Source of the DNA: Felis catus
Taxonomy: Eukaryota
Direction: 5' to 3'
Length of the DNA: 64,000 nucleotides
Assembly (NCBI RefSeq): GCF_018350175.1
Contig: NC_058368.1
Location: forward strand, 204,850,001 to 204,914,000
A program made the position numbers and the translations under genes. Under the pieces are notes generated by a model. The model did not search any database and was not told the DNA's origin. It was given only the letters and a program-made list of their open reading frames with translations. Shown here in pieces: positions 47,615 through 61,282 of the stretch (positions within the stretch are counted from its first letter, which is position 1; every line of letters starts with the position of its first letter).

Positions 47615-50600
47615 ATGAGTATTTTAAAATACACAAATAATTTGTATTTCATGCATACAATAATCATGTTTTATATATGCAGCAAAATTTAAACGTATAA
47701 AAACAGGACTGTACAAAGGCCAACACATGGCAGTTGTTCTGGGGTAGCAGAGTAGGGTGATGCTGAGAAAGGCAAAACAGGGAACCTCAAATTCACCTGT
47801 GTACTTTGTTTCTTTACAAATAGAAGCTAGGCAGCACACATGGGAAAAATATTTACTTTTGATGTATTCATCTGGGTGGCAGGTACATGGACACTTATTT
47901 TAGGGTTCTGAGTATATTAAAAAAAATAAGAGTATTAGCCCTAAATCTATATCCTGCCCAGGGTCAAAAATAACAAGCCCGCACAAATTTATGCAGATAG
48001 AAAGATAAAAAGAGGTTCTGATAAAGAGAAGTTTGTGTAGGGCACCCACTCCTGGACAACACTGACAGAGGAGGGTTGGAATGGTTACTCAGGTGAGTTC
48101 CGGTCACTGAATCCATGACTGTCACCCCCAAATGCACCCTACCCACCCTCATGGCTCAGCAGTTGGCCCTCCCCAGACACAGTGTTATATGACAAGGAAG
48201 GGGAGCTTTCTCAATACCTGTTTCTAGGCTAGGCTGAGGAACATTTTCTTCATAGATTCCAGAGAAAAGCCACAGAGTGGACCTTCCAGGAAGAACGGCA
48301 AATCACATGTGAGATTGCACAGGCTAGGTCCTGTCACAAGGCTTCCCAGAGTTCTGGTGCCAGCCGTGTCTGATTAGTCCAAAAAAATAAAAAATAAATA
48401 AATAAAAAATAAAAAAAGCATATTTTTTACTAGCTTCAAAAAAGTTAATTTAAGCACTTCATTCCAGTGAAAAACTGATTTGGGGCACAATGATTAACAA
48501 ATGGTTCTCAATCTCTGTCCCTGGAAGTCACAAACACATGCACAAGCCCTAGGTAGGCTGGACCTGGGGATCTTATTTAAGTCACGTAAGTCACAACAAA
48601 TGGGTACGCCAAAGCTGGTTCATCTTACGTAGACCACCGTGGAACCTTCCAGCAAACACTTATTAAAACAAGAACCAAAACATTTCACAGACTATAGTGT
48701 GTTTCAGTTGGTTGAGAGCCATCATAATTAATAATACAGTAACAATAAAATGACAGCACAGGCAGAAGCCCTGTAGTGTAATGATCCAGAGTGAGCTTCA
48801 CACATCTGTGGTTATGTCAGTTCCTGAGTGCAAAAGCACCAGAATGCCACATTCATGGTCTCAAATGATGGCAGAAAGTATCTGGAGAAAGGCCATAATT
48901 CATCTTCTTTTCTTGTCACCGGAACCACTGAGGATAAACTCAGAAGCTCCTACTGAGAATTCCTTAGAAAGAGAATCAGTGGCTTAAATAAAAGGATTTT
49001 ACTCTTAAAAAAAGATATTCCAAATAGGCTTCCTTTTATATTTCATGTGTGCAGAAGTATTTTCCTTATATATTTATTCTGCATGTCATATAATAGTATC
49101 CTTCACAATCATTTCCCATAGAGTTGACCAGCAGCTTCAACTGCTTCCCTAGAAAAACACTCCAGCTATTCCTCTCATTAAAAGAGACGAAAAGCCAAGA
49201 GGATAGGTGACTGACTTAGTTTGTGCCAACAATCTATCTCTGAATATGACAGAGCTTGTGCAAAACAGGCACTCCTTATATGTTAATAAAAGATTGGGCA
49301 CTGGTAGTCATTTCTAGAGCCCCAATTGAGTTGCATCAGTATTTAGAAAATTTAAAAGTCTGTGATTTGACATCTAATTATTTCCCAGTCTGAAAAGATT
49401 TTATTTTTCATGTTCCAATGTGGTCCCCGCTTTACAGCAAAAAGGCAAAGTATGCAATAGATAACACCGTATGTGCCACTCTGAGTTCTATCATGGCTCT
49501 CTGTCTTGCCCCTTCAACTAAACTGGCAACATCTGTTATTCTCTAAGACAGTGTGGACATTTCCTTCCATGTCAGTCATTTCAGAGGTAAGTGCCCCCAC
49601 TTCCTCATTATCATTTCTAAAACTGAACATCCACATGACAATTTCTCCTCTTTGATCACAATTTTAATAGTGTTGTAAGTTGTAGCCTGTTTAGTGCTAA
49701 TGTTACATTTAACTTGTTGCAGGTGAGGAAGGGGGGCGTGCGCGTCATAGGGAAGGTGGGCTGAAGAGTCCCTCCATTTGTTCACTTTTCTTTTGGTCCT
49801 GAGAATGAAGTTTGGCTCCATTTTTAGTTAATAATGAGATATTTTTAAATCATAGATCCCCCCCCAAAAAAATCATAGATCTTATATCTCAAAGATGAAG
49901 GGATGACAAGAGTGAATGTATTTCATTAACTCAGCTTAGGCAAGGAGGGTATTTCCACTATGGATCTGAAACCAGCTGAGACCTCAAATGGAGCAGGAAC
50001 TGAGTGACCTACCATGAGTTAAGCAGTGTCTGTGACATGGGCTTCAGTTAAACACAGTGTGGAACACTCACTCTCATGAAGGCTGTCAAATTCAAAACTT
50101 GCCAGACAGATTCACTTTCAGGACTCAGACATCTTGTAGTTGTAGGGAATGAGCTGCCTTAACTGTTGGCAAAGACAAACAGCCTTCCAATCTTCAGCAT
50201 TGCAGATAGTAAGAAGATGGCCAGAATTTTAACAAGTAAAGAGAAATGTGTACTGATGTATATACTTGAATATACATGTCCTACAGGGTTTATCAGCTCA
50301 CTGTGATCTGCATCATCATGAGATATTGTTCCTAATTCCACAGCTGGATCACCAAACTAAATCCCATTACAATGAAACTCCACTGAATTGTTCCACTTAA
50401 TTTGTGCTCTAAACAGATACTACTCCTTTGAAATACACTAATCTGTGAAGAGGTCTTACTGTAATCACATACAAAAGTGGATCTATTCCCTTTGTTCATT
50501 TTGGGGACTATTACCACACAGTCCCTGTTGTCCAACTCTTCTGTCTCCAATTCATCATTTAATTTTCCGCCAGGAATTGAAAGTCTATCTCCAAACATGA

Positions 50601-51551
50601 AATTTTCTTGTTTAATATTCTTTAATGACTTCCCTAAGGACCCTGAGTCCTTAGCTGACAATCAAGGCCCCAAACAACTTGTCCTGGTCTATTTTTAAGC
50701 TATATTCCCCTCTATACTCAACTTCTTTAACTTTGCTGTATGGACTGGCCCAAACTCTTAGTCAATAATGTATAATACTACTTGGCATACCCAGCTATTT
50801 CTCTCGACACTTTAGCTCTTTTCATCTTGTAAGATCTACCAAGCTTTCCAGGCCTACCCCGCCTGTCATGAAAGTTGTCCTCAGCTACCAAATCAGGACG
50901 GATTTTTCTTGCTCTGTAGTTCCAATGTATTTTCTTTGTCACCTGAGCTCACTCAGGTTACCACAGCCTGTCTACGACAGTGAGATGTACAGTGTCTTCT
51001 CTTTACCAAACTATCAATGTCCTTTGGACAGGAGAGACTTACTGAATATATTTGCTGTTAAACTGACACTGCTTCATATTGGAAAAGGTGCCTGATAAAT
51101 GTGATCATGTGGGTCACAAAAAAAAATCTACTTAAAAATGATCTAGAGCTCTTCAGTTCTGCCCCTTCATTCCTCAGTGCCCAAAGGGAAAGAGATCTGA
51201 CATTTCGAAGCAAGACCTCATCTCTGCCTCCTCCATTATCTTGCATAATGTCCAGAAAGTTATAAGCCCTGATAAAATGTTATTTTTCTCCTCCAGTAAA
51301 GGAGGCTTGGTTGAACGGAAACACAGCCAATCTCACTACAAGGAGGCACATCTTTGGGTTTTGATCCTCTTTCTTATGAAGGGACAAATAACCTTGTGAG
51401 TGAGAAAAGTTGCCCAGCCAGCAGCTGCAATGACAACCCACCTTGGCAGCAGAAAAGAGTGATAATTAGACACCAATTTCTTTTGTAGGATGAGTAGTGG
51501 GTGGGGGTTTTTTTTTTTTGACTTGTTATTTCAAGATCAAAGAAAAAAAAA

Positions 51552-51757
51552 TTTTTAAATGTTTATTTATTCTTGAGAGAGACAGACAAAGCGCAAGCAG
51601 GGGAAGGACAGAGAGAGAGGAAGACACAGAATCTGAAGCAGGCTCCAGGCTCTGAGCTGTCAGCACAGAGCCCTACACGGGGCTCAGACTCATGAAGTTA
51701 AGATCAAGACCTGAACCAAAGTGGACGCTTAAACAACTGGGCCACCTAGATGCTTCC
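51552..51757 (-). mobile_element. Can-SINE (older copy)
   Basis: 'gaagcaggctccaggctctgagctgtcagcacagagccc' SINEC body. Confidence 0.9.
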
Positions 51758-53104
51758 TGAGAAAAATGTTTTTATATTTAGCAGTTTTATTTTGATCACT
51801 ATAGTTAATATTATTGCCAGAGTGAAAACGTGGTAAAAAGATGCTAAGACTGAATTTATCTGTATTTACATTGTCACTTTTAAGCTTCAAATAGGAAATG
51901 CCTTTGATCAAGATTTTTCAACAGATTGCTGAAAACAGAAAGTTTCTTTTGCTAAGTACTAGCATGCATAAATTTCTTACATAATACATGAGAAAAAAAA
52001 TTTTTTGATATATGGATGTTTTTTTCTTGTGTTGACAGAAATTTGGCAGTTACTGTGCACCACCCTTCACACAAAAAGTGGCTCAATCAACCACTGGCGT
52101 TTTCTTATAAATCTGGTAATCTGTGTCCCCTTAATAGAATAATTATAGGGATGTTTTCCTATTTGCAATACAAAACTATGGAACAATGGAGTGTTTATTT
52201 TGGCCCAATGACTTTGTACAAAGGTCCCATCTATGATCCCCCTTCAAAATCCTGCTTATAAATTCCTAACACCCAACAAGTCAACCTGAGAAAAACCATG
52301 ACTTTAGCATTTCCTTTTGGCCAAAATCTTTAATTTGGAGAATGCAAATAAGACTTTCAAAATTATTTTTGAGCAGCTGAGAGAACCCATGAATATGCCA
52401 AAACCTTTCAACCCAAACTATTTCCAAAAATTATCTGCTTGTCCCATTTTTGATTCAGTTAAGAATTAGAGAAGTATATTTTATGTAACTACAACTCTCC
52501 ACCCAAGTAACATCTTCACTTTTAAAAAGGGAAGTCAGTTTTTTCTCTTCCTTTATTACAGGTTTTCCCAGCAAAGCAAAACAAAACAAAACAAAATTAA
52601 AACAAAATTAACTTAAGTAATATGAAATATATGTGCCAAAAGTGTCTTCAGTGATCTGCTTTTTAACTAGACAAGCTCTCTGGCAGATGAAAATCATTAG
52701 CAAGCAAAACTGTAGAGCTTTTAAAATGTGCTGGAAAAGTTTCAGAGAAGATATACAGCATAAACAGCTTTATAAACCCGAAGCAAAATTCTAAATCACA
52801 CCTGGTATATCAGTTGTGTGAAAGGCTCAGGTTAAGAAACATGAATTAAATCTTGAGAGATACTGGCCTCAACAACATTACAGCCTAAAGGGAACCTGTA
52901 TCCAAGATGCCATCCTTTAATCGAAAAACATCAATATGTGTGTTCCTAGTGCCCACTGTTGCACATGTAGAGAGGTATGGGCTGGAGCTAAGGCAAAGGC
53001 ACCTCAAGCTAAGGCAAAGGCACCTGATATTCTTGCAAGAAGTTTTCTTCAGGCAAAGAGCACAATAGGACTGCAGACCATTTCCCTCAGCACCTAGCCA
53101 CTCA

Positions 53105-53480
53105 CACATTCAATTTATCATTCAATAAACATGTGGGAGTGCCTATCATATGCCACACAATTTCCAGGGCCCTCCAAACCGGTGATAAAGGTCTCCTATT
53201 TCATGGAAGTGACATTCTAGTGAAAGAAAATTGACAATAAAAAATAAACAAGTAAGCGAGAAAAGAACTATTAGACGGAATAAATGCTATGAAGAAAGCA
53301 TAACAGGGTGATGGAAATGGGGGTGGGGGACTTACTCATCTAACTGGGATCACAGAAGATCTTTCAGTTGAGTTGAGACTGGATGACAAGAGGAGTCAGC
53401 TATGCCAAAATCTGAGCACAAAGCATTCCAGGCAAGGGAATAGCCTGGTGGATGAGGTAACAGAAGGAAAATCAGTGTGG
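53105..53480 (-). mobile_element. L2 3' portion
   Basis: 'cattcaataaacatgtgggagtgcctatcatatgcca...tcatggaagtgacattctagtg...agcattccaggcaagggaatagc'. Confidence 0.7.
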
Positions 53481-53959
53481 CTGGAGCTTAGTCCTCAATT
53501 CAATCACCTATAATTGTGCACGCTTATGTCACTGTAACATGTTCTTCAAACCTGGGGCAAAACAAGGAAACCTACAGACAAAAACATACCCATGCCTATA
53601 AAACATGAAGAGGTCTTAGGGTCTTCTGGACACAACAACAACCCTAAGAACCTTGATGTCAAGAGCTTGAGCTTCATTCCAGTTTGTTTTCCAGTACTGA
53701 TATATTTGACCAGTTTCTCATGGTTGAAGGCACAGAAAGAGCATGCAAGGCTAGTAGGACTGAGAAGTGTAGGATGTGGCTTTGAAAAGAATCATAACTG
53801 CTTATTTCCTGGGACCTCTGACCCAAAAGGAAACACTTTTCTTGATTCGTCAGGAGATTTGCATAAGATCACAAGATATCTTGTGGTACAGTAATCTCTC
53901 TCTTGCTTTTGACTCTTTATTATGTTCTCCCTTGTATAATAGTTATTTTAGTATTGTCT

Positions 53960-54540
53960 TCTTGCCATTGTTAACCTGTAAGTGACTTCCTGTCAGAGAC
54001 GGTCTTACTGATTGTTCTCTGAAGTACCGAATACAGTGCCAGGCACATAGGGATGTTGAATAAATGATAAATTCCCCGGGGTTGGCTTTGGCTTTTTTAG
54101 TCCAATATTCCAATTATAGGTACAGTAATGGTATCCAAATAATGTAATTGTTTTTGTTTTGCTGTATATGTAATAAATCCTTAAGAACTTCTGTGCTATC
54201 TGACATAGTACAGATGGATTCCCAGTAATGCTTTGGCACAAAGTAGACAATGTTGCTTGTTGAATGTATGCATGCATGTCTGAGTGGGCAAATCTATGAA
54301 CAAATTCCAGCAAGAACAACTGCACCCAAGGCCATTTTATTCAATCAGCAATGGGTTCCACTGTATGTTCAGCAGTAAGCTAAGTGCTGTAGAGACAATG
54401 GTGAGTAAAACAGATGGTCCTGCTCTAATGGAGCTATTGGTATGGTAGGGAAACATACTGAAGATATCACGCATGTATGTAAATATAAGTGCTGTGAAAG
54501 GATGATGATCAGAGAAGCGTTCTTTGAAGGCTACCTGAAA
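53960..54540. mobile_element. Two L2 3' ends in opposite orientation (53960-54070 +, 54335-54540 -)
   Basis: 'acagtgccaggcacatagg...gaataaatga' and 'gtgctgtagagacaatggtgagtaaaacagatggtcctgctctaatggagct'. Confidence 0.55.
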
Positions 54541-57500
54541 GACATGGTCAAGTTTATTCAAAATTCAATGCCATAATCATGAAGTCTTTTTAGGAACTAG
54601 GCCTGTAGACATAGAGCAAGTGGTCAAGAAAGATGACAATTGATGGTAGCTCAAGTTGCCTCTGGTAACCAGGGATGGGTTACTGAGAAAATATTTGGAA
54701 TCTTCCATTTTGGCCATCTTTAAAATTAAACTCAAACTTTTTATGTGTCCTGATTGTGTGTGGTCTTGTTTAAAGACAGAATATACCAAGCAACCTAAAA
54801 TCGTCTTCTGCGGGCATTCTTTACTGTACCATGATTCCTTTACTAAATGCTTTAAATATAGCAGCTCAGCTATTTTTCTGAGGTAGACCAGGAAAAATTG
54901 AAATTTATTTTATGAGCAAAAAAACAATGCAGTGCCCTTGTTCTCCCATCATTCAGGAAAAATAGCTAAGTGAAATTCTGGTCAAACTTTCCAAAAAGCT
55001 TTGGGCTGAGGACAAGCATGGAAAAATTCAAGCCCAAAGGAGAAATTTCCAGAAATTTAGAAGTGAAAACAGGGGGTTATAACAGTTCAGTACTTGCTGC
55101 CAGGAACAAAGTATATACGATATTATTTATTGCTGAAAGCTTTTCAGAGAGGCAGCATCTGGTTTCAGTGAGGTCTTGCTTTTTCATCCCATCCAGCAGC
55201 TGGACTGAGCACTATGGCACAAGGAGATCAACCAATTGGCCAAGGTGACGCAGCGAGTCAGTGACTCTTTCCAGATTAGACCACAAGAGCCTCTGGCTTC
55301 TTGAATGCCAAGAATAAGTCACATGACAAATGGAGAGTTTAACACTTTTTATTGACTCCAAGTGGATTCTTCAGCTTTAATTTTCTATTTGTGTTTACAT
55401 TTTCAGAGTCCCAAAGAATAATTCTTTCTCCCTTTTCTCCAGTGGACACATCAGATATCTACTTGGTTCTCTGTGAATGCCAAAATTCCCCACCCCCCTC
55501 AACTAGGAATTATTCATCTAGGCTGAGTGTGCTAATGGCAGGAAAAGTCAGAAATGGTCATGCAATGTTCCACTCACACTGGAAAGAGGAAGATGGAGAT
55601 CGAAAGGCTGGCTAACTCTGAGCAGAGAAGCTGGGCACTCTGCTTTGGTCATTCCAAATGTGCCTCTCTGAGGCAGGGGAAACACTGAAGAAGGTAAGGT
55701 TAATCTTCCAGGAGAAAGTGTCATAAGCTTTTACTTCTCTGTGAGTCTTTTTCTCTACCAGTGTTATTTCTCACAGAGCCCTGGCAAGAGAAAACACATC
55801 CCTTCATTCCTTCTGCATATGTCTTCCATACCAACAGGAGAAAAGGAGGCTCTGTTTCCTAAGCATATGTGTTTCTCACATCCCAAGAAGACTGTAAGGG
55901 AACAAACAAGCAACAACATGCACACACACAAAATACATTTAATAAGAAATTTCAGCATTAATATAATCTTCAGTGTAGTACTTAATTATTCTAAGAAGCA
56001 ACTTCAGCTACCATCAGTTGTCGTCTCTCTTGACCACTTGCTCTATGTCTACAGGCTTGGTTCGAAACAACGGCACACACATCCCCTAATAGTATCAGTA
56101 CAATAGTATCAGTACAATTAATTAATGATTAATATTATTACTAGTTTCATGAAATAAAAAAAAAACATTTTTAGGGAAAGAAAGGGAGGGGAGGGTGGCG
56201 AAGGGAAAGGATTTTCACCATTTTTTTTTAATGTCTAAACTTTTAGATGTAATCGGAGAAGACTAGAGAACTGAGCCAGTTAGTTGTGTGCATGAACTTG
56301 ATGTATGGTGAAATGATCAAAAGAATATCAGGGAGGGAATAAGCCTAATCTGGTTATCAGACTGCAATAGCAATAGGGCACAGCATCAAGAGAAACCTTG
56401 CAAGCTTTTGGAGTACCCAGCGATGCCCAGAAGGCATGCCATTTTAATAACGTAAAACATATGTCTACTCTATGGCAGCAACCTAATTTCACTTCAAATT
56501 GGAACGAACAATACCACTAAGAAACATCTGACAATTTCAACACAATAGGAGTTGGGGAATTTTTACTCCAAACTTAATGCAGATGTCAAACACAATATGA
56601 ATAGAACATCTCACTTTGTTTCCTTTACATCACAATTTTCTCTTAATTGGAACAGACGAAGTAATTTCTGACCAGAAAGACGTGATGACATTTCAAGCAT
56701 AAGGACTTCAGTTTTGGCTTACAGACATCTTCTATCCCCCTTTGGCTTATTATTACTCGAAGGGACAGCCACAATACTATAAATATTGTACTCATTCATT
56801 CGGCATTTATTGCGTGTCTATGACCTGGGTACTAACCGAGGCCCAAAGGTTAGAGTCATAAATGACACAGACACATCCCTGCCCTTCTGGAGCTTCTAAC
56901 CTGGCAGTTCGCTCTTATTTCAAAGTTCAGTTATTGTTTCGATAAAGCTCAGTTCAGGTTTTAAAAAGGAAACCTTCATCTAAAGACAATTCTTAAGTTA
57001 TCACTGTCTTTCCAAAACATATTTTTTCAACCCTCCAATTAGTCCATTGATATTAAACTCCCAGTTATGGTCATTCTTAGAAGAAAGAACTAGGACATGA
57101 TTAAGGGTTCTTTTTCTTTTGAGAAGATGAGCTCCTAAATTATAGATGTCTAATGAGTTAACCAGTAGGTTCAACTGCTACATGTCAAACTAAGAACTGT
57201 CACAAAAGCCTGGACAGGTTGCCTGAAAAAGATGCCTCCAAATAGTAAATGTAATCCTTTCTGGGCCAAAAACCCTGAATGGATTCCTTAGCAAGCGCCG
57301 GTGAGTAATTACACATTTTGGCAATCCAGTGCAAATGGCCAGGTTAAGTTTGCCCCAATCCTGTCCACGAGATCCTTTGTTCCAACAGGGCTCAATCCGA
57401 CCAAAGGGATGCCCAGGCAAATGGCTAGGATGTAGGTCACACAGGCCCACCCTTCTGCTTCAGCATGAGTTTCCACCTTTTGCTGATGAGTGCTAAGGTG

Positions 57501-57679
57501 TTTCAAAGCTATGTGAGCACACCTATATGTCTCTTCTTAGAAAACAACACAAAACAAAAAAATAGCCATTTTATATTGGAGATTTCTTCTACCTTACCTT
57601 TTTTAGCTTTCTCTCTCACTGCCCCCTCCCCTCAGCCTTGCCTCCTTTCCCCTTATCATTTCTCTCCTACTTCCCAGGC

Positions 57680-57853
57680 AACAGGGTAAAACACTATTAG
57701 AAGCTCATTACATTTTGTGAAGCTCTACAAACATTGTATGTTGCCGGAGAGGACCCTGAAGCCCAAGGTCACACAGTGGGGAAGTAGCCGAACCAGGATT
57801 CCAGGTAGCCCATCTGATTTCAGAGTCCTCAATTCCTGGACCATACTGCCTCT
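57680..57853 (-). mobile_element. MIR fragment
   Basis: 'gcccaaggtcacacagtggggaagtagccgaaccaggattcc...tctgatttcagagtcc...ccatactgcctc'. Confidence 0.65.
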
Positions 57854-59409
57854 TTAGGAATTTTTGGCTTTAAGTCTTTATGATAAAGATGGACTGTTTC
57901 TAGGCATTAAGAGTAGCAGTGAAACATAAGAAATTAATGTTAATCTCTGCTACACTTGAGAAAAATCTAACAAATTCACTGAAGTGCTTTAAAGGAAGTA
58001 ATTAAGGGGACAATTTATTAAGGTTTTACATCTCAATTGCACCAGTCTCAGGTCTTTTTTTCCTCCAGTTTTATTGAGAAATAATTGACGTACAACACTG
58101 TATAAGCTTAAAGCACACAGCATGATGGCTTGGTTTATAGATACTGTGAAATGATGACCATAAGGGGTTCCATTAACAGCCATCTTCTCATATGGATACA
58201 ATTAAAAAAAAATGTTCCCCTTATGATGAGAACTTTTGGATTTACACTCTTAATAACTTTCCTGTGGATCAAACAGTAGTGTTAGTTTATATTCATTATG
58301 TTGTGCATTACATCTGTGGTACGTATTTATTTTATAACTGCAAGTTTGTACCCTCTACCACCTTCCCCCTTCCCCCTCCCCTATCCCCCACCTCTTCTTT
58401 CTACGAGTGTTGTTCTTTTGCTTGTTTTAGATTCCAAATATAAGTGAAATCATACATACATACAGGACAAATACTGTATGACTTCTCTGACTTCTCTCAC
58501 TTAGCATCATGCCTTCAAGTTCCAAGCATATTGTCCCAAATGGTAGGATTTTTTTTTTAATGGCTGAATAATGTTCTATTGCATATCCTAATTTCTTTAT
58601 CCATTCATCCATTGCTGGACACTTAGACAGCTTCTAGGTCTTGGCTATTGTAAATAATGTTGCTGTAAACATGGCAGTGTACATATCTTCTCCTATTAGT
58701 ATTTTTGTTTCTTTTGGATACATTCCCAGAAATGGAATTACTGGATCATATGGTAGTTCTATTTTTAATTTTTTGAGAAACCTCCATCCTGTTTTCCAGA
58801 CTGGCTGCACCAATTTACAATCCCACCTACCTACAGTGTAGTGGGCCCCCGCCTCCCCTTCCTCCGCACCCCTGCCAGCATGTGTTATCTCTTTTTTGAT
58901 AATGACTATCCTAACAGGCATGAGGTGATATCACATTGTGGTTTAATTTGCATTTTCCTAACAACTAGTGATGTTGAACATCATTTCATGTACCTGTTGG
59001 CCTTTGTGCATCTTCTATGGATTCAGGTTCTTTGTTCATTTTTTAATTGGGTTGTTTGTTTATGCTATTGACTTATAGGAGTATTTTATATATTTTGAAT
59101 ATTAACCCCTTAGCAGGTATATGGTTTGCAAATAATTTTTTCTCATTCTGTAAGTTGTTGTTTCACTTTGCTGAGGGTTTCTTTGGCTGTGCAAAAGCTT
59201 TTAGTTTGATGTAGTCCCATTTGTTTAGTTTTGCTTTTGTTGCTTATGTTTTAGGTTTCATGTCTAAAAAATCATTACCAAGACCCATGTCGAAGGCCTT
59301 TATTCCTATGCTTTCTTCTAAAGTTTCATGAGGTTTCAAGTCTTACATTTAAGTTAATCCATTTTGAGTTAATTTTTGTGAGTGGCATTAAAATATGGGT
59401 CCCATTTTC

Positions 59410-59597
59410 GGGGCAACTTTGGCTCAGGTCATGATCTCATGGTTCATGGGTTCAAGCCCCACATTGGGCTCTATGCTGACAGCTCAGAGCCTAGAGCCTG
59501 CTTTGGATTCTGTGTCTCCCTCTATCTCTGCCCCTCCCTGGCTCATGCTCTGTCTCTGTCTCTAAAAAATGAATAAACATTAAAAACTTTTTTTTTT
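59410..59597 (+). mobile_element. Can-SINE nested in L1, with a deletion across the A-box region
   Basis: GGGGC is followed directly by AACTTTGGCTCAGG; TSD aaatatgggtcccattt (59391-59407, 59598-59614). Confidence 0.9.
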
Positions 59598-60377
59598 AAA
59601 TATGGGTCCCATTTCATTCCTTTCCATGTGAATATCCAATTATCCCAGCATCATTTATTGAAAAGGTTATCTTCTCCATTGAGTGTTCTTGGCTTCCTTG
59701 TCAAATATTAGTTCACCGTATATGCTTGGGTTTATTTCTGAGCTCTCAATTCTGTTCCATTGGTCTATTTGTCTGTTTTTATGCCAGTACCATACTGTTT
59801 TGATTACTATAGTTTTATAGCATACCTTGAAATCAGGAAGTGTGATGCCTCCTGCTTTATTGTCCTTTCTCAGGATTTCTTTGGCTTTCATGGTTCCATA
59901 TAAATTTTAAGAGTGTTTTTTTTTTCTAGTTTTGTAAAGAAAATGACATTGGAATCTTATTTGGGATTGCATTACATCTATAGATAGCTTTTAGCAGTAT
60001 TGACATTTTAATAATATTAATTTTTCCAGTCTATGAACACAGGATATATTTCCATTTATTTGTACTTCTTTGATTTCTTTTATCAATGTCTTGTTTTCTG
60101 AGTAGAGTTCTTTCACCTCCTTAGTTAAATTTATCCCCAAGTATTTTATTATTTTTATACTATTATAAATGGGATTTATTTCTTTTTCAGAAAATTCATT
60201 GTTAGTGTATAGAAATGCTACTGATTTTTATATATTAATTTTGGGTCCTGAAACTGGACTGAATTTATTGATTAGATCCAACAGTTTAATTTAATCTTTA
60301 AGATTTTCTCTATATAAAATCCTTCATCTTCAATCAGAGATAATTTTACTTCTTCCTTTCCAATTCTGATCCTTGCT

Positions 60378-60483
60378 TCCTCCCTTCCTTCTTTCCTTCT
60401 TTCCTTCGTTGCTTCCTTCCTTCCTTCCTTCCTTCCTTCCTTCCTTCCTTCCTTCCTTCCTTCCTTCCTTCTTTCCTTCTTCC
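60378..60483. repeat. (TTCC)n tetranucleotide microsatellite inside L1
   Basis: Directly visible. Confidence 0.92.
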
Positions 60484-61064
60484 TCCCCCCCCCACCTAAT
60501 TGCTCTAGCTAGGACTTCTAGTACTATGTTAAGTAGGAGTGGTGACAGTGGACACCTTGTCTTATTCCCGATTTTAAAGAAAAAGCTTTCAACCTTTCAC
60601 CATTGAGTATGATGTTAGTTGTGGGCTTGTCCTATATGGCCTTTATAACGTTGAGATACATTCCTTCTATGCCTAAGTTGTTATGAATTTTTATCACAAA
60701 TGGATGTCAAATTTTGTGAAATGTTTTTTTTCTGCATCTATTGATATTATCTTTCTTTCATCCTATTAATGTGATGTATGACATTGATTTATTTGTGTAT
60801 GTTGTACCATTCTTGCATCTCAGGGATAAATTCCACTTGATCATGGTAAGTAATCCTTTTGCTTTGCTGCTGATTTGGTTTACTAGTATTTTATTGAGAA
60901 TTTTTGCATCTATATTCATCAGAAATAATGGCTTGTAGTTTTCTTTTCCAGTAGTGTCTTTTTCTGGGTTTGGTATCAGGATAATGTTGGCCTTGAAAAT
61001 AGGTTTGGGAGTGTCTTCTGTCTCTTTTGTTTGAAGATTTTGAGAAAGATTGGTGTTAATTCTT

Positions 61065-61282
61065 TTTTTAAAGTTTACTTATTTATTTTGAGAGAGAGAA
61101 AGAGAACATGAGCAGAGGAGGGGCGGGGGGGGGGGTTGGAGAAGGAGAGAGAGAATTCCAAGCAGCCTCCATATTGTCACTGCATAGCCCAGCGGAGGGC
61201 TCCATCTCACGAACTGTGAGATCATGACCTGAGCCAAAATCAAGAGTCAGATGCTTAACTGACCGAGCCACCCAGGTGCCCC
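61065..61282 (-). mobile_element. Can-SINE nested in L1
   Basis: SINEC body; TSD ggtgttaattctt (61052-61064, 61284-61296). Confidence 0.92.

Noticed and set aside
56088..56118. Small tandem duplications (aatagtatcagtac x2; similar ones near 26604, 26751, 37411, 42261, 42591)
   Set aside because: Ordinary micro-duplications with no functional context
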